A stretch of 16,221 nucleotides of DNA, from contig JBOEGF010000070.1 in NCBI GenBank assembly GCA_050633305.1, positions 1-16,221 of the forward strand, read 5' to 3'. Shown here piece by piece: positions 15,658 through 16,221 of this stretch. The stretch is from Nannocystales bacterium. GTDB lineage: Bacteria > Myxococcota_A > Polyangia > Nannocystales > Nannocystaceae. Position 1 is the first letter of the stretch. Every line of letters starts with the position of its first letter. The notes under the pieces are model-generated. The model worked only from the letters and a program-made list of their open reading frames with translations, was not told the DNA's origin and made no database searches. A program made the position numbers and the translations under genes.

Positions 15658-15925
15658 ACACTGCCTCAGCGAGTACTGCGTCGACGAGGTCTGCTCGACC
15701 GGCGCCGACGGGAGTGCGTGCGGCAGTGATGCCGATTGCGTCAGTGAGATCTGCGTGGATGACGTCTGCTCCGCGGGAGCGCCCGGGGATGCGTGCGGTA
15801 GTGATGGCGATTGCGTGACTGAGATCTGCGTGGATGATGTCTGTTCCGCGGGCGCCAACGGGGATGCGTGCTCGTGGGATGACGACTGCGTGAGCGACGA
15901 CTGTGTGAACGACTTGTGCGCGTGA
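15658..15925 (+). pseudogene. 3' remnant of a Cys-rich repeat protein gene truncated by the transposon
   Basis: HCLSEYCVDEVCSTGADGSA / CGSDADCVSEICVDDVCSAGAPGDA / CGSDGDCVTEICVDDVCSAGANGDA / CSWDDDCVSDDCVNDLCA*. It starts mid-repeat at the IR; the track start at 15641 lies inside the IR. Confidence 0.8.
15659..15922 (+). repeat. 75-bp (25-aa) coding tandem repeat, about 3.5 copies
   Basis: Units start at 15719, 15794 and 15869, with a partial unit before 15719. Cys spacing is C-x5-C-x4-C-x4-C-x8. Confidence 0.85.
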
Positions 15926-16221
15926 GCCGAGGCGGGAATGGGCGGGCAAGCTGCGAAGCGCCACTGCTCAGTTCCGTCCGCCGACCCCCGGAGTTCGGAA
16001 CCCTCGCGGTCGCGTGCGGGGGGCGCCGCTTGGGCCGTCGAGACCCCCTGGCATGATGGCCCAAAGTTCCACGACCTTGACTGGTGTCCGCCGGATGGGG
16101 CGCTCGCATTCGACGCGATCTACAGGTTCTTTGCCCGCGGCTACTCGACCTCGAGTCCTAGGTACCAGGTGAGCGACCGGCGGCCCTCGCCGGGCAGTTT
16201 TCCGATCTTCTTGATCCGCGC

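Noticed and set aside
15659..15922. Regular repeats as a possible CRISPR array
   Set aside because: These are in-frame 75-bp coding repeats with no unique spacers, and no cas genes are present.
16141..16221. Minus-strand frame ARIKKIGKLPGEGRRSLTWYLGLEVE*, faintly like the IS30 transposase RSLTWD motif
   Set aside because: The catalytic Asp is absent, no downstream IS30 motifs follow, and only 26 codons are visible at the window edge. A competing plus-strand open frame also exists.

Overview
This is a GC-rich, highly mosaic accessory region. The host is probably a myxobacterium (Myxococcota), inferred from Ser/Thr-linker, Cys-rich lipoproteins. The left part (1-6854) holds the 3' end of a YegP-family gene, a tyrosine recombinase, a PHP-phosphoesterase/ABC-ATPase fusion (Ppl/TrlF-like defence protein), a decayed serine resolvase, a PD-(D/E)XK nuclease and a Zn-finger/RES protein. 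It is closed by a 38-bp Tn3-type terminal inverted repeat (IR) that cuts an Rpn/YhgA-like gene lying next to a dif-like site. The middle (7478-9487) holds two Cys-rich lipoproteins. The right part holds two more Tn3-type IRs, a duplicated and deleted tyrosine-recombinase module, a small operon ending in an intact tyrosine recombinase, and a complete ~3.9-kb Tn3-family transposon (serine resolvase, res, TnpA) with perfect 47-bp IRs but no target-site duplication. Five related IRs (6817-6854, 9491-9528, 9572-9609, 11724-11761, 15619-15656) point to a nested family of Tn3-like elements, some apparently carrying defence cargo and tyrosine recombinases. All family assignments are by eye, with no database searches.
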